A stretch of DNA of 64,000 nt from Camelus dromedarius. Lineage: Eukaryota. A model generated the notes under the pieces. The model was not told where the DNA came from, did not search any database, and saw only the letters and a list, made by a program, of their open reading frames with translations. Each line of letters opens with the position of its first letter. Position 1 is the first letter of the stretch. The stretch is from positions 106,270,001-106,334,000 of the forward strand of contig NC_087436.1 of assembly GCF_036321535.1 (NCBI RefSeq). Reading direction: 5' to 3'. Below are positions 36,161 through 49,399 of the stretch, piece after piece. Made by a program: the position numbers and the translations under genes.

Positions 36161-38399
36161 CAGAGACTTCCAGTGTCTTCTTTGACTTGTTTATTCCACC
36201 AGCCAATCAACTACCCGACTCTTACTGAGGGCTGACTATATGTCAGTCACTGTGGCGGGTGTCTATCTGCGTGGTCCCTGCCTTTTCTACCTGCTAAGGA
36301 GGAGAAGGGGCAGGGCAGGCATTGAGGGAGGAGGTGGAGGTGGGTTTGTACGCACCAGCAAGGTAAATTGACAAGTTGCAGCCACTTTACTTCAAGCATA
36401 TTCCCGCCAGAGGGGTGATGAACAGACAAATGCCCCACAGCTGGACCAGAGTGACAGTCTGTTTGCAGGAGGTTGCTGCTGCTTCCAAAACAGACTCGAG
36501 TGTTGTGTCCCGAAGCCCAGATCTTGTCAGTTTCTCTCCAGTCAGGTTCAACCCAGAGCTAGCCCTTAAAAATATTGACTCAGTTTGTGTTTTACCCACT
36601 TCACCTCTTCTCAAGATGGAAGTTTCCCGAGAGTTGTTTGTAGTTACAAGAAGGAGAGAGCGAGAAGGAAAAAGCTTGCGATACACTGTCAGCCCTGAAA
36701 CGTGCAGGGCTCACTGCTGGTCATCCTAACAGGCTGACTGGCTCTTCAGGACCGCTTTTAGTTTTCATTTAGGGCTCTGCTATTTTAATGTCACTCACTC
36801 TGCTTCATAATCCTCTCACCGTCGCCAGAAGACACCTCTAGCAAGAGCAGGCTCAGACCCTGTCCCGAGAATGAAGGTGGTGTTAGAAACTCCATCACCT
36901 TCCTTTCTGGTTTCCTTTACTTGCAGACACAGTTTCAAAATGTTTATCTTAGTTTACTAAAGCAAGGTTGTACCAGGGAGGCTCTGTGCTTTACGATCAA
37001 ACTCAATTATGTAAAATTCTTACAACATAGTGAATAATCATCAGAAGTGTGTTGCCTTACTTTTTTTTTTTCCTTCACTGTATTTTTTTTTTTTTAATAG
37101 GCTGCGGGACACATTGCAGCAAATATTTCACACGGGAGTTTGTGCCACCAAAATAATTAATGCCAGAAAGTTATGTGAAGGTCTTCCTGTATTAAGTAAA
37201 CTAGCCTTTGCTGAAAATGGGAAGATAAATGATGAGAGAGTTAAGAAAGATGCTGTAAAAATGGCCTAAGATTTAAGATATATAAACTGCAGGAAAAGAA
37301 CCCACATATTTTTATCTTTGCCAAGAAAGGTTACTATTTTTCTAAGACAGTAACCAAATAATAACATCTTCAGTTAGCAAATAATTGCACAACTGTGTGA
37401 TCAGATGCTTATAGATGTTGCAAGGGAAAAAAAAAACTAACAGGGAACTGTGCTTTGCCCAGCTTTTGTTTGCTGCCCTTCCAGTGATTAGATTCTGTCA
37501 ATCAAAGACTGTTTTTATATAAAAAGCCATTAGGAGTTGGGTCTTCAGTACTTCTGAAGGGCAACCAGACCTGAATGCAGCTAGGGATAGCAGATGCTCT
37601 GTGGCTAACATTATCATGGGGTGAATTATAGGCATTGGTGTTTAGCTTTGTAAACTGCGCTTACCTAGGGATTTTAATAAACCATGGGTTGAGGTTTTAT
37701 GTTTTCTCTTCCTAAGAACATCTAGCACTTTTACACTGAGACATTATTAGTTGTTCATATGGCTTCATCAAATCGCAATTCATAGGGTAGAGGTACCAGG
37801 ACTGGAAATAGATATATTCCAGCCTGTGGAGTAGGATGGGTTTGTAAGTCAATATCTGCCAAGAAGAAAAAAGCTCCTAAGGACCCTTTGTGTTCCCCTT
37901 AAATAAAGAGCTCTTTTTTCTCCAGGCTTCAAATAAACTTTTATCTTCCCCAAGGTGGTTGTGAGATCTTCGGTGCATCTGCTGAGGACCGAGCTAGTGA
38001 TACAGTAGGTTGGCACGGAAAGTTCAGGGGAGGGTCCAGGCTGGTCATGTAACGTCCTAGCTGGAGGGACCCAGGAGACTGGGCGGGTTGTGCTTCCTTC
38101 CCCTCCAGGCCCCCTCCTCGGGCGTGCTCTGTTCATGGTTCTCTTCCATCTGCGGCAGGAACCTCTATTGAATATTCTGACCTCATTCTCTGGATATTGT
38201 TCCCAGGATGTCACTGCAAGGTCTGTGCACAGAAGAGGGGACGAGAAGGCTGCACTGCAGAACTGAGGTCTGCATGGCTGAGCTGGTGAAAAGAGTAGCC
38301 CTGAGCCCGTATTTCTCCATCACTTCTCACCTGGGCCACGAGAATGGTCTCCCAGCTCGCACCCTCCACTGCGACCCCACCTGGCACCTAGAACGCTGC

Positions 38400-38930
38400 T
38401 TTTGATCTGAGCATCCTGCCTCCCCTGCTCTCCCCCTTGGTTTTATCTCTTCAAAGCCTTCAAATTCTCTGAAGATAAAGACAGAGCCCAGCCATAGTCT
38501 GACTCCTGACCCATCTCACCCCCCGTCCATGCTCCCTCTTATTCTCTGGGCTCCAGCAGCATAGTTTTCTCAAAGCTTTACTTCCATCTGTCTACCAAAA
38601 GACGTTGTGATACGAAAGTCCCTCCACACAAAAGGCTCTGCCTGTAACCTTCATCTTCACTTCTTCCCAAGCAGGATATCCCGCTCACTCTTCCCTTCTC
38701 CGGGAAGTCTTCCCAGCTAGGTCGCTACTCTGTTCTGTACTCCTTCGTAGCACGATGCACCTCTCCCTGTAAAAATTTACTCTGCTTGTAGCTTTACACT
38801 GGTTCTTGTACTATTTGATCAGCGTCTGCCTCTCCCTAGTAGGTGGGACCACGTGGGGAGGGAGCACTTCCGTTTTGGCTCATTATTTCTTCCCCAGTGC
38901 TTAGCATAGTGCCTGCCCCAGAGGGAATTA
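38400..38930 (+). mobile_element. L2 fragment
   Basis: gggaagtcttccc...gtctgcctctcccta...ccccagtgcttagcatagtgcctg. Confidence 0.65.
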
Positions 38931-38994
38931 AAATGAGGGAAGGACAAGAGAACGAGAGGGAGTAGTAGAGATAGAGCATGTGCACACACATGAA

Positions 38995-39100
38995 AAGGAA
39001 GGAGAGAGGGAGGGAGGGAGGGAGGGAAGAGGCAGGAGGAAGGGAAGAAGAGAAGGAGAGAGACATAGAGGGAGACACAGAGAGAGAGACAAAGAGGAAA
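38995..39100 (+). repeat. Purine-rich (GGGA)n/(GA)n low-complexity tract
   Basis: agggagggagggagggaggg...gagagagacatagagggagacacagagagagagac. Confidence 0.9.
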
Positions 39101-39160
39101 ATGGGCAGTTCACTCTCCTGGAGCTTTGGTAAGGAAATGGCCATCCATTTCTGCTTTGAA

Positions 39161-39352
39161 TACTGCATTTTATTGAGTCTAAGATATGTACTGGTATGAA
39201 ACACGATTGCTTTCTTTATCACGAAGAAGGAACAAACACTGCCAATTAAACTATGACATACTATTTATTGTAAAATGACTCCCAATTTTAGACCTCAACA
39301 TTTCAGATGGCAGAATGTGAAAAGATGTGCGTCTTAGAATTGATGCACATTA
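39161..39352 (-). mobile_element. MER104-like MITE (TcMar-Tc2)
   Basis: ctgccaattaaactatgacatac...aatgtgaaaagatgtgcgtcttagaattgatg; TA at both flanks. Confidence 0.8.
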
Positions 39353-40922
39353 GAGTTGGATTACATTAAATCTAGGAAAAATGAGCTCAATCAATAGTCA
39401 GATGGATGTGGATTGAAGAATGATGGCCTTGAGGATGAACGCTACTGCGCACCGATTTTTGAATGTCAGAATGCCAGTGCTGATCTCAGCGGTGTTTTTT
39501 TTTTTTTTTTCCTGTAATGTGACATGGGTTGGGGTACATCTAGTCACACAGGTATGCCTTGATCATCTAGTGAGAAGTAGCATTTGAGTTTCGGGTGGTT
39601 GGAGTTATGAAGGGCAGTCTGCAGTATGGCAGGAGGAAGGCATCAGGGCTATTAACGGATGGAGCACTGGACTAGCAAGTTATAAATGGTACGGAATGTA
39701 GTCCAAAGAGGTGCCCGAGCATGTCTTTTCCCTCGGCTCCTAAAGAGGAGCATAGTTATGCATCCTTCTGAAATTGTTTTAACACTGTGCTACTCTGAAG
39801 AGGAGTAATGGATTAACATTGGTTTCAAGCAATATTTAGAGGTAAACCTGCAAGTTGCAAAGCATCATTCTTGCTCTCCAGCTGGAGAAGTAAGACTAAC
39901 TGGTCAGTGGTCAAGAGTCTTCATTCTGATCCTGAGTCTATAACTAGCTGGAGGACCTTGGCAGGTTATGTCATCCCTGTGAGCCTCACTGGGATTACAT
40001 GTCCCCGAGACTTTTCCAATCCCCACTCTTAATCTGAGCCCCTGTTCCCATATGATAATGACATGGTAAGATCTCTGGGGCTTGTGTAGATATGCCCTCG
40101 CTTCCCTGCACTCCTCCGTTGATTCCCCTCCACCTTTCTCTTTAACCAGTCAGCACGTTTCAGTGCCAGTTATTATGCCATAGTCATGACTTCTGCCTTT
40201 CTCCCCTTCTGTTGCCCCCCCTCCACTTCCAGTGTTTGTTCTTTTCAAAGGTCCAACCCTGTGTCCTTCCTATCAGCTTAGGCATAGCACCTCAAATCTC
40301 GAAACCTCCAGTTGTGTCTAGAAATGAAAATGTGAATAACATGACACTTAACACTGCTTTCTCAGTCCCTGTGATCTCAGGGCCACAGCGTAGATGTATG
40401 AAAAGGCTGGATCTGACAGGATCTGCAGGGATTGTCTTAGCTAATTAGCTCATTTAATAGAAGAATAGACTCTCAAGGGGATGAGGAGGAGGGATGAATT
40501 ACCAAAGGTTACCCAGTTGGTACTGATAGACTCAGGACAGGACTCTCCAGGTTGCTGTCACATGAGTTCTCAAGCTGACTTAATTCTTAACAGTATCCAG
40601 CATAATAATTTCCTATATCCTATTTTAAGTTTCTATTTACTTTACCTTCTGAGTTTTGCAAACCTGTTTTGAAGAAGAATCATATCTTTCTTTTCCTCAA
40701 AAGCTCTTCTTTTATTTCACATTTTAAAAATATGAATATGAATTCCCTTACAAGTTTAGTGCTTATAATTATCTTTAAATAACCAGCTTCCAGATGCTTT
40801 TTTGCTGTTTTTTGGATTTAAATCCTTTCTTAGGAAAAACCTGGGGACCCAGGATATTTCTTCAGGATCCTGTCTTAAGGCTTCTCACCTCCCTGAAGAA
40901 TTCATCTCTGTTTATAACTAGA

Positions 40923-41250
40923 TTTCTTAGCTTGGGGTGCTATAACAAAAATACCATAGACTAGGTGACTAAAACAAAAAGCACTTATTTCTTATGGTTT
41001 TGGAGGCTTGGAAGTTCAAGTCAAGGTACTGGCAAGTTTGGTGTCTGATGAGGGCCTGCCTCCTGGTTCACGGTAGAAGGGGCAAGGGAACTGTCTGGGG
41101 TCTTCAGCACAAGGGCACTAATCCCATTCATGAGGGCTCCATCCTCATGACCTAATCACCTCCCAAAGGCCCCACCTTCAAATAGTATCACATTGGGGGT
41201 TAGACTTCAGCATATAAATTTGGGGGGACACAAGCATTCAGTCAGTAGCA
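40923..41250 (-). mobile_element. MaLR solo LTR, MLT1A-like
   Basis: tgctataacaaaaataccatagact...aagggcactaatcccattcatgagggctcc...gggggacacaagcattcagtcagtagca. Confidence 0.9.
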
Positions 41251-41324
41251 CATATGGAGTATTTCTAAGTCATGAATGGTGTTGGAAAGCCCTCAAGGGA
41301 GGTGAGGGTGGGCAAGCTGGTCTG

Positions 41325-41560
41325 GGGTGAACATTTCTTGTGTACCTACTATGTGCCTTACCTACTATGTACCTTATCAAAATGACCTCTTTTTAACCCT
41401 CCCAACAACCAGCCATCAATATGACTTTCATTTTACAGATAAAGACACTGAAGCTCAGAGGGATAAAAATAATGGATTGGCAAGTCACTCACATAGTAAG
41501 AGATGGAAGCAGGATTCAAACTCAAATCTGTCTCTTTATGAAGCCTGGTGTTCTTCTCAT
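41325..41560 (-). mobile_element. MIR
   Basis: cattttacagataaagacactgaagctcagag...caggattcaaactcaaatctgtct. Confidence 0.8.
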
Positions 41561-42414
41561 AGTTTGCCTTTTCAGATTGGAGAACTTGAATTTTTCATAA
41601 CGTGTGGCTAGTGTGATTCTTGAGCCATTGATTCAATTTTTATCTTTTGTTGAAGACCAGTAACACAATCAGCGATTTCCCTAAAGAGACTTATAAACCA
41701 TCCCTTTTTGGTTTTTGTCTTATCTGGACATCCCTGGGAATTTGTCATCAACAGGCAGCACTTTAGAGGTGAACTCTACTTTGGGTTAATTGTGCATAGC
41801 TACTACCAAAACTGAAGGGAGATTGGCAGGATGAAATTAATTGGTTTGAACTTAGCTGTGGGGCAGGACTTGATTACTTCTTCATTGTGCGAAATCACCG
41901 GTTGTATTTAAATCACCCCAAGTGATCGGTCCTTGATCCCCAAAGTCACAGGCTGTTGACCCTTCTCAATGCAGAGACTTCATTTCTGTCCCTCAGATCA
42001 CTCATTCCACTCCTTTGGGTTCTTCTTTGTGAAAAAATATAATTTCCCGTCTATGCAGTTTGGAAAGTTTAGGTAACAGAATTCTGAAATTCTGAGCACC
42101 AGAGACTTGCTCGTGTTGAGGTTTGGGCTTTCTCAGTCTGCAGTGGCAACACAGATGACTTGAATTCCAATGACAACCCAACCCAATGAGGCCCAACAGC
42201 AGTTTCATCTTTGCCTGTTTCAAAGCTCAATTACTCAGGGTTTTAGAATATGGACAAACCCTATGCCTTTGGCCAGTGCCAGCAGTTAAGACAGTCTCTG
42301 AAAAATATCACTGCATTATTATTTTTGAAGATTGCAATGCCATTTATATAATGCCAGCCACGGCTTCCATTTAGATTTCATCTTAACATTTTTTAAAAGG
42401 AATTGATGTATATT

Positions 42415-43200
42415 ATCTCAATCCTGCAATCTATTCTTCACACTGCAGCCTAAGTCATCTTTAAAAAAAATCAATCTGATCATATCACATCCTTACTTAA
42501 AACCCTCCATTCGCTTCCTGTTGCCATCAAAACAAATGCCAATTTCCTTTCCAGGGTTTAGAGGTTCCTACAGGAGCTGACTTCTGCCTACCTCTCTACT
42601 CCATCTCCTGCTGACTCAATTGTAGCCTCTCTGGTCTTTTTCTTTTTCCTGATTCATTTCTTCTTCAGGGTCTTTGCCCTTGCTGTTCCCTGTGCCTAGA
42701 ACGCTTTTTGTGAAGATGCCTGTGGGGCTGGCTCCTTGGCACCTGAAATAGGTGTCAACTGAATTAATCCTCATGGCCTGGGTGATTCTCATAGATGTTT
42801 ACTATTTCAGAGTCCACCTTGTCACCCTCTTCCTCACTCAGATCTTTGACTGCATAGTTTTTTTTCTTTTTTAATTCTAATTTTTCTATTTTAATTTTTC
42901 ATCTACTGGACATCTGTTTTTAAGTCTCATGTACTATTGAAAATATATTCAACTAAGTTCCCAGAGGCTGAAGTAGCATACCTTTGATTTTTCGGCAATT
43001 TCCCCCTTTAGTGCTATTCTCTTGGAGGGTCAGAAGATAAGAGATTTGACAGTGCAGTGGGAAGAATACTGGACTCTGAATTGGGGATATGTGCTCTGGA
43101 TTGGCCCACCTGATAACCAGCTGTGTGGGTGAGGTAACATATCTACCTCTCTGGGTCTCATAGTTTCCTTCTGGAAAATGAGATGCTTTTGACTCCATCG
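42415..43200 (+). mobile_element. L2 fragment (42415-42740) and MIR3-like (43040-43200)
   Basis: aatctgatcatatcac...cttaaaaccctcca...cagggtctttgcccttgctgttccc; acctctctgggtctcatagtttccttctggaaaatgag. Confidence 0.75.
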
Positions 43201-45879
43201 CATTCTTTTTATTCATGGACAGAGTTTTCAAACATGACTAGGATTCCTTGTGTGATCGTATAAATGGATTTCTCTGTGGTAATCAAGAGAGGATCAGAGG
43301 AAATAAACCCAAAGAGATTGAAATGAAGACAGCTTTCCATTTCAGATTGTTTCTATGTTTTGGAAAAGATGGACCCAGTCCCATATAATAAAGGTCCATA
43401 TTCTTCCTGTGATTATGTTTAGCTGTCTGGCTGCAATAAATCACGGCAACAAAAAATGGGACGTTTGTGGATATGTGTGACATGTAGCTGGATCCAAGCC
43501 GTGAGAGGGTCGCACATAACGAAGGACACTGAGAGGTACATTTTCCAGTCCTTTATCTTGAGGTTTCTATGGAAAACTTGCCAGTTCAATATTGTGTCTA
43601 GTTTTTGTTTGTTTGTTTGTGTTTTTGTGGAAAACAAAGCTAGGAAAGTATTGTCATGATTGTTAAAAGAAAAAAAAAGCAGCAAGCACTTTTGAGAACC
43701 ATAATTAATGTGGGGATGATGCTAGAATTCTTGCTTGATTGTTGTAAAACCCTTTCCACTGTCTCAAAAGCAAATTGCAAGGAGATCAGTGACTTCTGCT
43801 CCCTGGAAATGACAAATTAGGTCAAACCAAATTTATCAAGCATAGAAAAATGTTCCAGATTTCCAGACACTCTCAGAAATGTCTGACTCTCTCTTTGTTG
43901 TTGTTGTTTTTACCATCCAGTTTGTGTGAAACTGAGCAACTAAGTACCAAACCACATTGAATGATTCACTTCCCGATGGTCATGACGTTTGGTTGGATTG
44001 TGTGCCCCCCTCTTTCACTTCTTGGCATGTTTTGTGATGGAGGATTTGGCCGATGATACATTTTACTTCTTGAGCTCATAGATTCATTATACCTCTTCGG
44101 ATACTTGAAGAACGTCTGTTTCGGTGCCGCACTCTAATTAAGGCTGGTACCCAGCTGTAGGGGTCTACAGTTCTTCAACAGCTCTTCTCGTGTTGTCACA
44201 AGGAGTTAGCTCTCTTTGAAGACAGGTTGAGTTTGCAGTAGTTAATGCTTTTGAAGGAGATTGTCGTAATTACCCATGATCAACATTTAATGCCTCTCCA
44301 TCCAACCTCACCTTTGGCCCTTTACAAGGCACTATGTAGAAGGAAAAAAAAATCAGATCACAGCTTGACAGTGGGCTTGATTTAGTTTACAAGAAAACAG
44401 ATTTTGGTCTGGCTTGTGAAATATACCTGGGCTCAACAGTGCACTGTTTCTGAGTGTTCTCTGAGATGTCAGTTGTTAGATTGTAACTGTATTTTCACAC
44501 GATGGATCAGGTTCCTCTTGAAGAGCTACCATGTTCTCACTTAAAAAAATTATCTGGAGCCAAAAATCGTTTGATTTCTCCCTCTCCACTGCTCGGAAGG
44601 GCAATGTGTATAGTTCAGTATGAGAGTTTGTGATTGGTGCAAGCATTAACCAGGCCCTCAAGGTACTGCCAAGATTCAGCATTGGGGAAAAGAAAGGTAC
44701 AGCTTGGAGATGTACCTTCCCCCCTCCCACTCCTAGTAATTAATAGCGTGGTATAACAAAGGGAATCATTAAAACACGAAGGTGTGTATTTTCAAGTCAC
44801 ATTTGTCAAACACGGTAAAGTAATCCTGAGCTCTGTTAGTTCCTGTGTATTTTTCACATGATATATGGATTTTTCTTTTCTATTGTTCCAATGTGAAAAT
44901 GTTTTAAAAAGAAAAACATGCTTTTATTGCCATTTTTAAAAGTATTGAAGGGGATAAAAAGGAAAGTGTAATAAAAGCAGTATATTTTTGTGTCAAAAGT
45001 AACCTTTCTATGGTACTCTTTAGATAAAACTGAATATTGGGAAAGAAGGCGAAAGATAAGTAGTTCCCTTATTCATCTTTGTCCAAAATCTATTTTGCTC
45101 ACCGCTGGTTGTTGGCATTGCGTGATGCTGTGACACAGTACCAAGAGATCAGATTATCAGAAGAGAAGGAGATTCCCCATTTAATAGTTACTCACCAAAA
45201 TTTCCCCCTTATCTCTACATCACAGAAAAATAAGTAGTTGTTAAATTTCAAATCCTGCAGTCTTTCTGATTTATCATCAAATTGTGGATGCACTTAGCTG
45301 CTGAGCATCAGGGAATCCAATAAGTCCTGTCACATAGGAAGAAAAGAAAAAATCCCACTGGAGAATGGGTTCCTTCTCCCCCACAGTGATTTATTTCTGT
45401 CACAAGACTTAATTTTATCATGAGGCAGATGCTCTGTCTGTATCAATGTATTCGTTTCTACATTTATCTCCTTCATTAAAAAAAAAGCACCTGCTGCATT
45501 TGGGGGGATGTATTTAGCTTCTTTATTATACACCCTGATGACCCGATGATGTGCTATTTAATCACATCTTTAATGTCTCCTTTTCTAAGATTTGAAAAAT
45601 TCCTTAGCTATTTTGTCAAGTGAGTCTGATGTGAAGGGGTGCCGCGGCAAATGAAATTGCACGGGGTAACCATTACAGCGACAGAAGGTGTTAACATCTG
45701 AGCTCTCTGGTACCAAGTCTCTGATATTCATGTCAGAGGGAATAAGGAGAGCTTACTGGGGTTATCAGGTGATACCTGGGATGAAACGGTGACAGCCTCT
45801 GTTATGAATTAATTTTGCTGAACTGCATGTGGAAGACGCTGCCTTTTACAAAATGTGCCAGGTAGACTTAAAAATATAT

Positions 45880-45978
45880 GTAAAAGAAAAAAGAAGAGGA
45901 CAAGACGGGAAGAGGGAAGGAAAAGAAAGAAGGAAGGAAGGAAAGAAGGAAGGAGAAAGGGAGGGAGGGAAGGAAGGA
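45880..45978 (+). repeat. (GGAA)n-type polypurine tract
   Basis: gaaggaaaagaaagaaggaaggaaggaaagaaggaaggagaaagggagggagggaaggaagga. Confidence 0.9.
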
Positions 45979-46529
45979 CTGATTTTTTTTTTTTTTTTTA
46001 CAAAAAAGCATTATTTTTATCTGATCTGAGTCACTACACCTTACCACAGAACATTTTAATGATGTGCTTGTGTCTCATCAACTCAACCCTCCCTCCCATC
46101 TGCCACTTAATATGGATCTGGTCCTCTGAATAATCATCCTTGTTCTTGGGGCAGCTGAGGTCTACAGGTTGTCATCCTTCGCCAACTGCCGTCACTCCCG
46201 AGGACCAGCTACTTCTGCCTGGCCGCACGGCTCGTCTCTGCGCTCTTTCTCCCTTGCAGACTGCCTTTTCCCCTCCAGCGCGAGGAGGACGTCCCGGGGA
46301 GAGATGGTCAGATAGCTGAACTGGTCAATAAACTCAAGGTAGCTGCAGTTCCCCTTGTGACATTCAGCCCAAAGGCCTGTCCTCTTTGTCAGCTGTCAAT
46401 GACAAGTGACAAGACAAACGGGCACTTCTAGGAAGTTTCCAAAATCCCTTCTTTACCTTCATATGGCTTCTTTTCATTGCTGTTTCCTCATCTGATTTCT
46501 CTTAAAAGTAAATCAGCCCTGAACATTCA

Positions 46530-46563
<34 letters not shown>

Positions 46564-48611
46564 AGCAAAGAGGGCACAGAGGTTAAGGTAGGTGGAGATG
46601 CTGAGCTTCCCAGATTTGCATTTTAGTGGAATCGCTGCAAGAAAGCTAACAGACAGGAAAGGAGACCAAGTTAATGACAATTCTCTAAGCAGCTGTTGTG
46701 CGATTCAGCTTCACTACTTCAGTTAATTAATCAGCACCTTGCTGGCAACTCTGGGGGAGAGACTCGTTAGATACTGGTAGCAAACAGACAATGCTTTCAT
46801 ATCAAATATGTTCAACAACATCTAATACAGCGATAACTTCCACAGAAGAGGGTAGGGAATAGCGTGGCTTGTAAAGGCACTCAGGAAGAAGTCCTTGGTG
46901 TTCTAGCAGATCTGCACCGGCTAGAAATGCTGCATGTGCTGTTTCCTTTGTTGTCTGTAAGCAGCCCAAACAAAACACGGGCAAAAGAATCTCCAGGGTT
47001 CCCTGTTACCATCGCTGCCTCTTTTGTCTGTAATAAATAAATATGTATTCATAGGTTCACGATACATAGTAAATCAAGCATCTTCATTTCTGATTTTAGT
47101 CACCGCATTTCATTTGGAATTTTAATCATTGAAATAGTCCTTAAACCTGACAACAACTAAGGGGGATCAAAACATTCCAACAGAGGCCACTCACCCAGCT
47201 ACCGCAGCCTTGCGCATGAGAGCTACCGACTGCCAGGCTGCTCCCTGACTTTCTCTGTTCTAAAAGGAAAGCAACCTCGTGTTCTCACTCGGAAGTCAAT
47301 AAAGCCATACATATTTTATGAATGATAATGCACAGAAACCTTAAACAGACAAAATTATATCTATATCTGGCCAATGTACTCCGCATTTTCTTACTCTTCC
47401 AAAACTGCTGTCAGTAAAATCGGTAGTGAGTTTAGTGCAAAAGTTGTGTTATTCCAAGTCTCCTGTTGTCACATGGCCTTCCCATTGATTAACTGAGAAG
47501 ATACCATTTTGCATAGTTTTCTACTTTACTTTCTCTTTGCTACTTCGTGTCTTTACCCTGCCGTTATACAGAAACAATATCGAAACACGATGGATAAAAA
47601 GAAATGCCATCATATGATATGTATTTTCCAGTTAAATGTGAATTTCCCATTATTGACATGATGAGAAAGATAATATTGATTCAATAAATAATTACACAAT
47701 TATTACCTAAATCTTAAAAATATACACGTATGCATTTAGTTACTATATCATTTTCCATTTTTAGAGATAAAATTGTGAAGTGGAAATTGTCTTGTGGGTG
47801 CAAAGATTGTCATGCTTTGGAAATTCCCTTCGAATTCCCTTCTCTGATATTCTCACAAGTGGAAATTCAACCTTGGGTTTTCTGCCCACCTGCCAGGGGT
47901 CAGGTGGAGAACTTCATACTGAGGACTTGAGGTTGTATTAACCAATTCCTCTGGACGATTTATCCAGTCGGCTCATATGTACTGATGGAGACAATTATAA
48001 CTTCAGTTCTTTAATGAATCCCACATTATAGCAGAAGAATATCATCGAGTCTATAACACTCCAGGGAACTATAAAGAGAAATGTCCCTTTTAAATTAGCT
48101 TTATGGCGCTGAAGCTTTATGTATTTACTTGCAAGTTCAATATTAACTCAAAATATGATTCTTGAACTGTCTCTGTTGTCGACAACATTGCTTGTAGAAA
48201 GGGCTTTCTTGGCAGTTATTAATGGTGAGTCTTTAAAAAAGAAAAACAGTTCCCACCTGCTACAGTTGCTTTTGCTACAGAGAGAGCAGGATGCTTGCCT
48301 AATCCTAGGTAATCTGGTGTACAAACCTTAGATAAAAAAAGGTCTTTTGCCTAATCCAACTTCTCAAAGTGTGATTTACTTTTAGATTTGATCTAGGGAG
48401 AGATTTTCTGACTTTCTTCTTTTTCCAAATCATAGGCTCCTGTGTTGTGACCCATTTAGAATAGAAGCTAGCTGAAATTGACTATGGATGGAGATGGTGG
48501 CAGCGTGGTAGCTGGGTGACCACTCAGTTTTGATGGGTCTCTGGCTATTTGAAAACTATACATTGTTTCATGGTCTCTTTGTAAACTCATTTGTGTACTC
48601 AAAGCTTAACC

Positions 48612-48806
48612 AAAGATGCAGATGTGGCACGTGTCCCCCCATGATCTTTCTGATACCTACAGCAGACATCACTAACCGATCATAGCATCTTTCCTGTTAA
48701 GCCCATAGGTAGCCTTAGAATCTTTGTAAACACAGAGCTCCAGGAAGCCAACTACCACGAATTGATCAAAGCTGGCATGAGGGATGAAATATATTTACTG
48801 CCCTTG
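48612..48806 (-). mobile_element. hAT-Charlie MITE of about 195 bp (MER117-like; name tentative)
   Basis: gtggcacgtg...gcagacatcactaaccgatca...cacagagctccagg...tggcatgagggatgaaa..tattt. Confidence 0.65.
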
Positions 48807-48814
48807 GACTAGAC

Positions 48815-49039
48815 CAGGTGTTGGCAAATTACAGCTCTTGGGCCAAATGTGGCTGGCCACCTGTTTTGGAAAAGAAAATTTTATTGGGATACAGCCATAT
48901 TCATTTATTTACATGTTGTCTGTGGCTGTTTTCGTGCTACAATGGCAGAGTTGAATAGTTGGGATAGAGATCATATGGCTTTCAGATCCTAAAAGTATTG
49001 ACTCTTTGGCTCCTGACAGAAAAATGTTGTTGACTCTTG
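48815..49039 (-). mobile_element. MER58A
   Basis: caggtgttggcaaattacag...ttttattgggatacagccat...gctacaatggcagagttgaatagttg. Confidence 0.9.
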
Positions 49040-49399
49040 GCCCAGGTCTTTATAGGTTTCCTGTGTCTAGGCACTCCTTGTTTTGCAGACACAGAACATA
49101 TTAAGAGGCTTTCTCAGGGGAAATGCAGTGGGAGAGAGGGGGAGACAGAAGACGGGAAGAATGGAGCAGAGAGGGTAGCTTACTGTCCACGCAAGCTTTG
49201 TGAGCTGATCTCTAGGTACTGAGCAGATCTACTTAGCACTGAGAATGAGAAGCAGTGAACTTGCTTCATGGGGAAGCCTATTCTGCAGTTCCAAGTGGGA
49301 AATCTTTTTGATTGATACAGGTTAAGACCAACAAATAGACAGGTTTTTCTCTTCTGTGGAAGCCGCACTCTGGTGGAAAGATCTTTTCCCATCTCGTAC

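Noticed and set aside
37101..37269. Possible exon after strong poly-T/TAG acceptor
   Set aside because: No convincing donor and no recognisable peptide.
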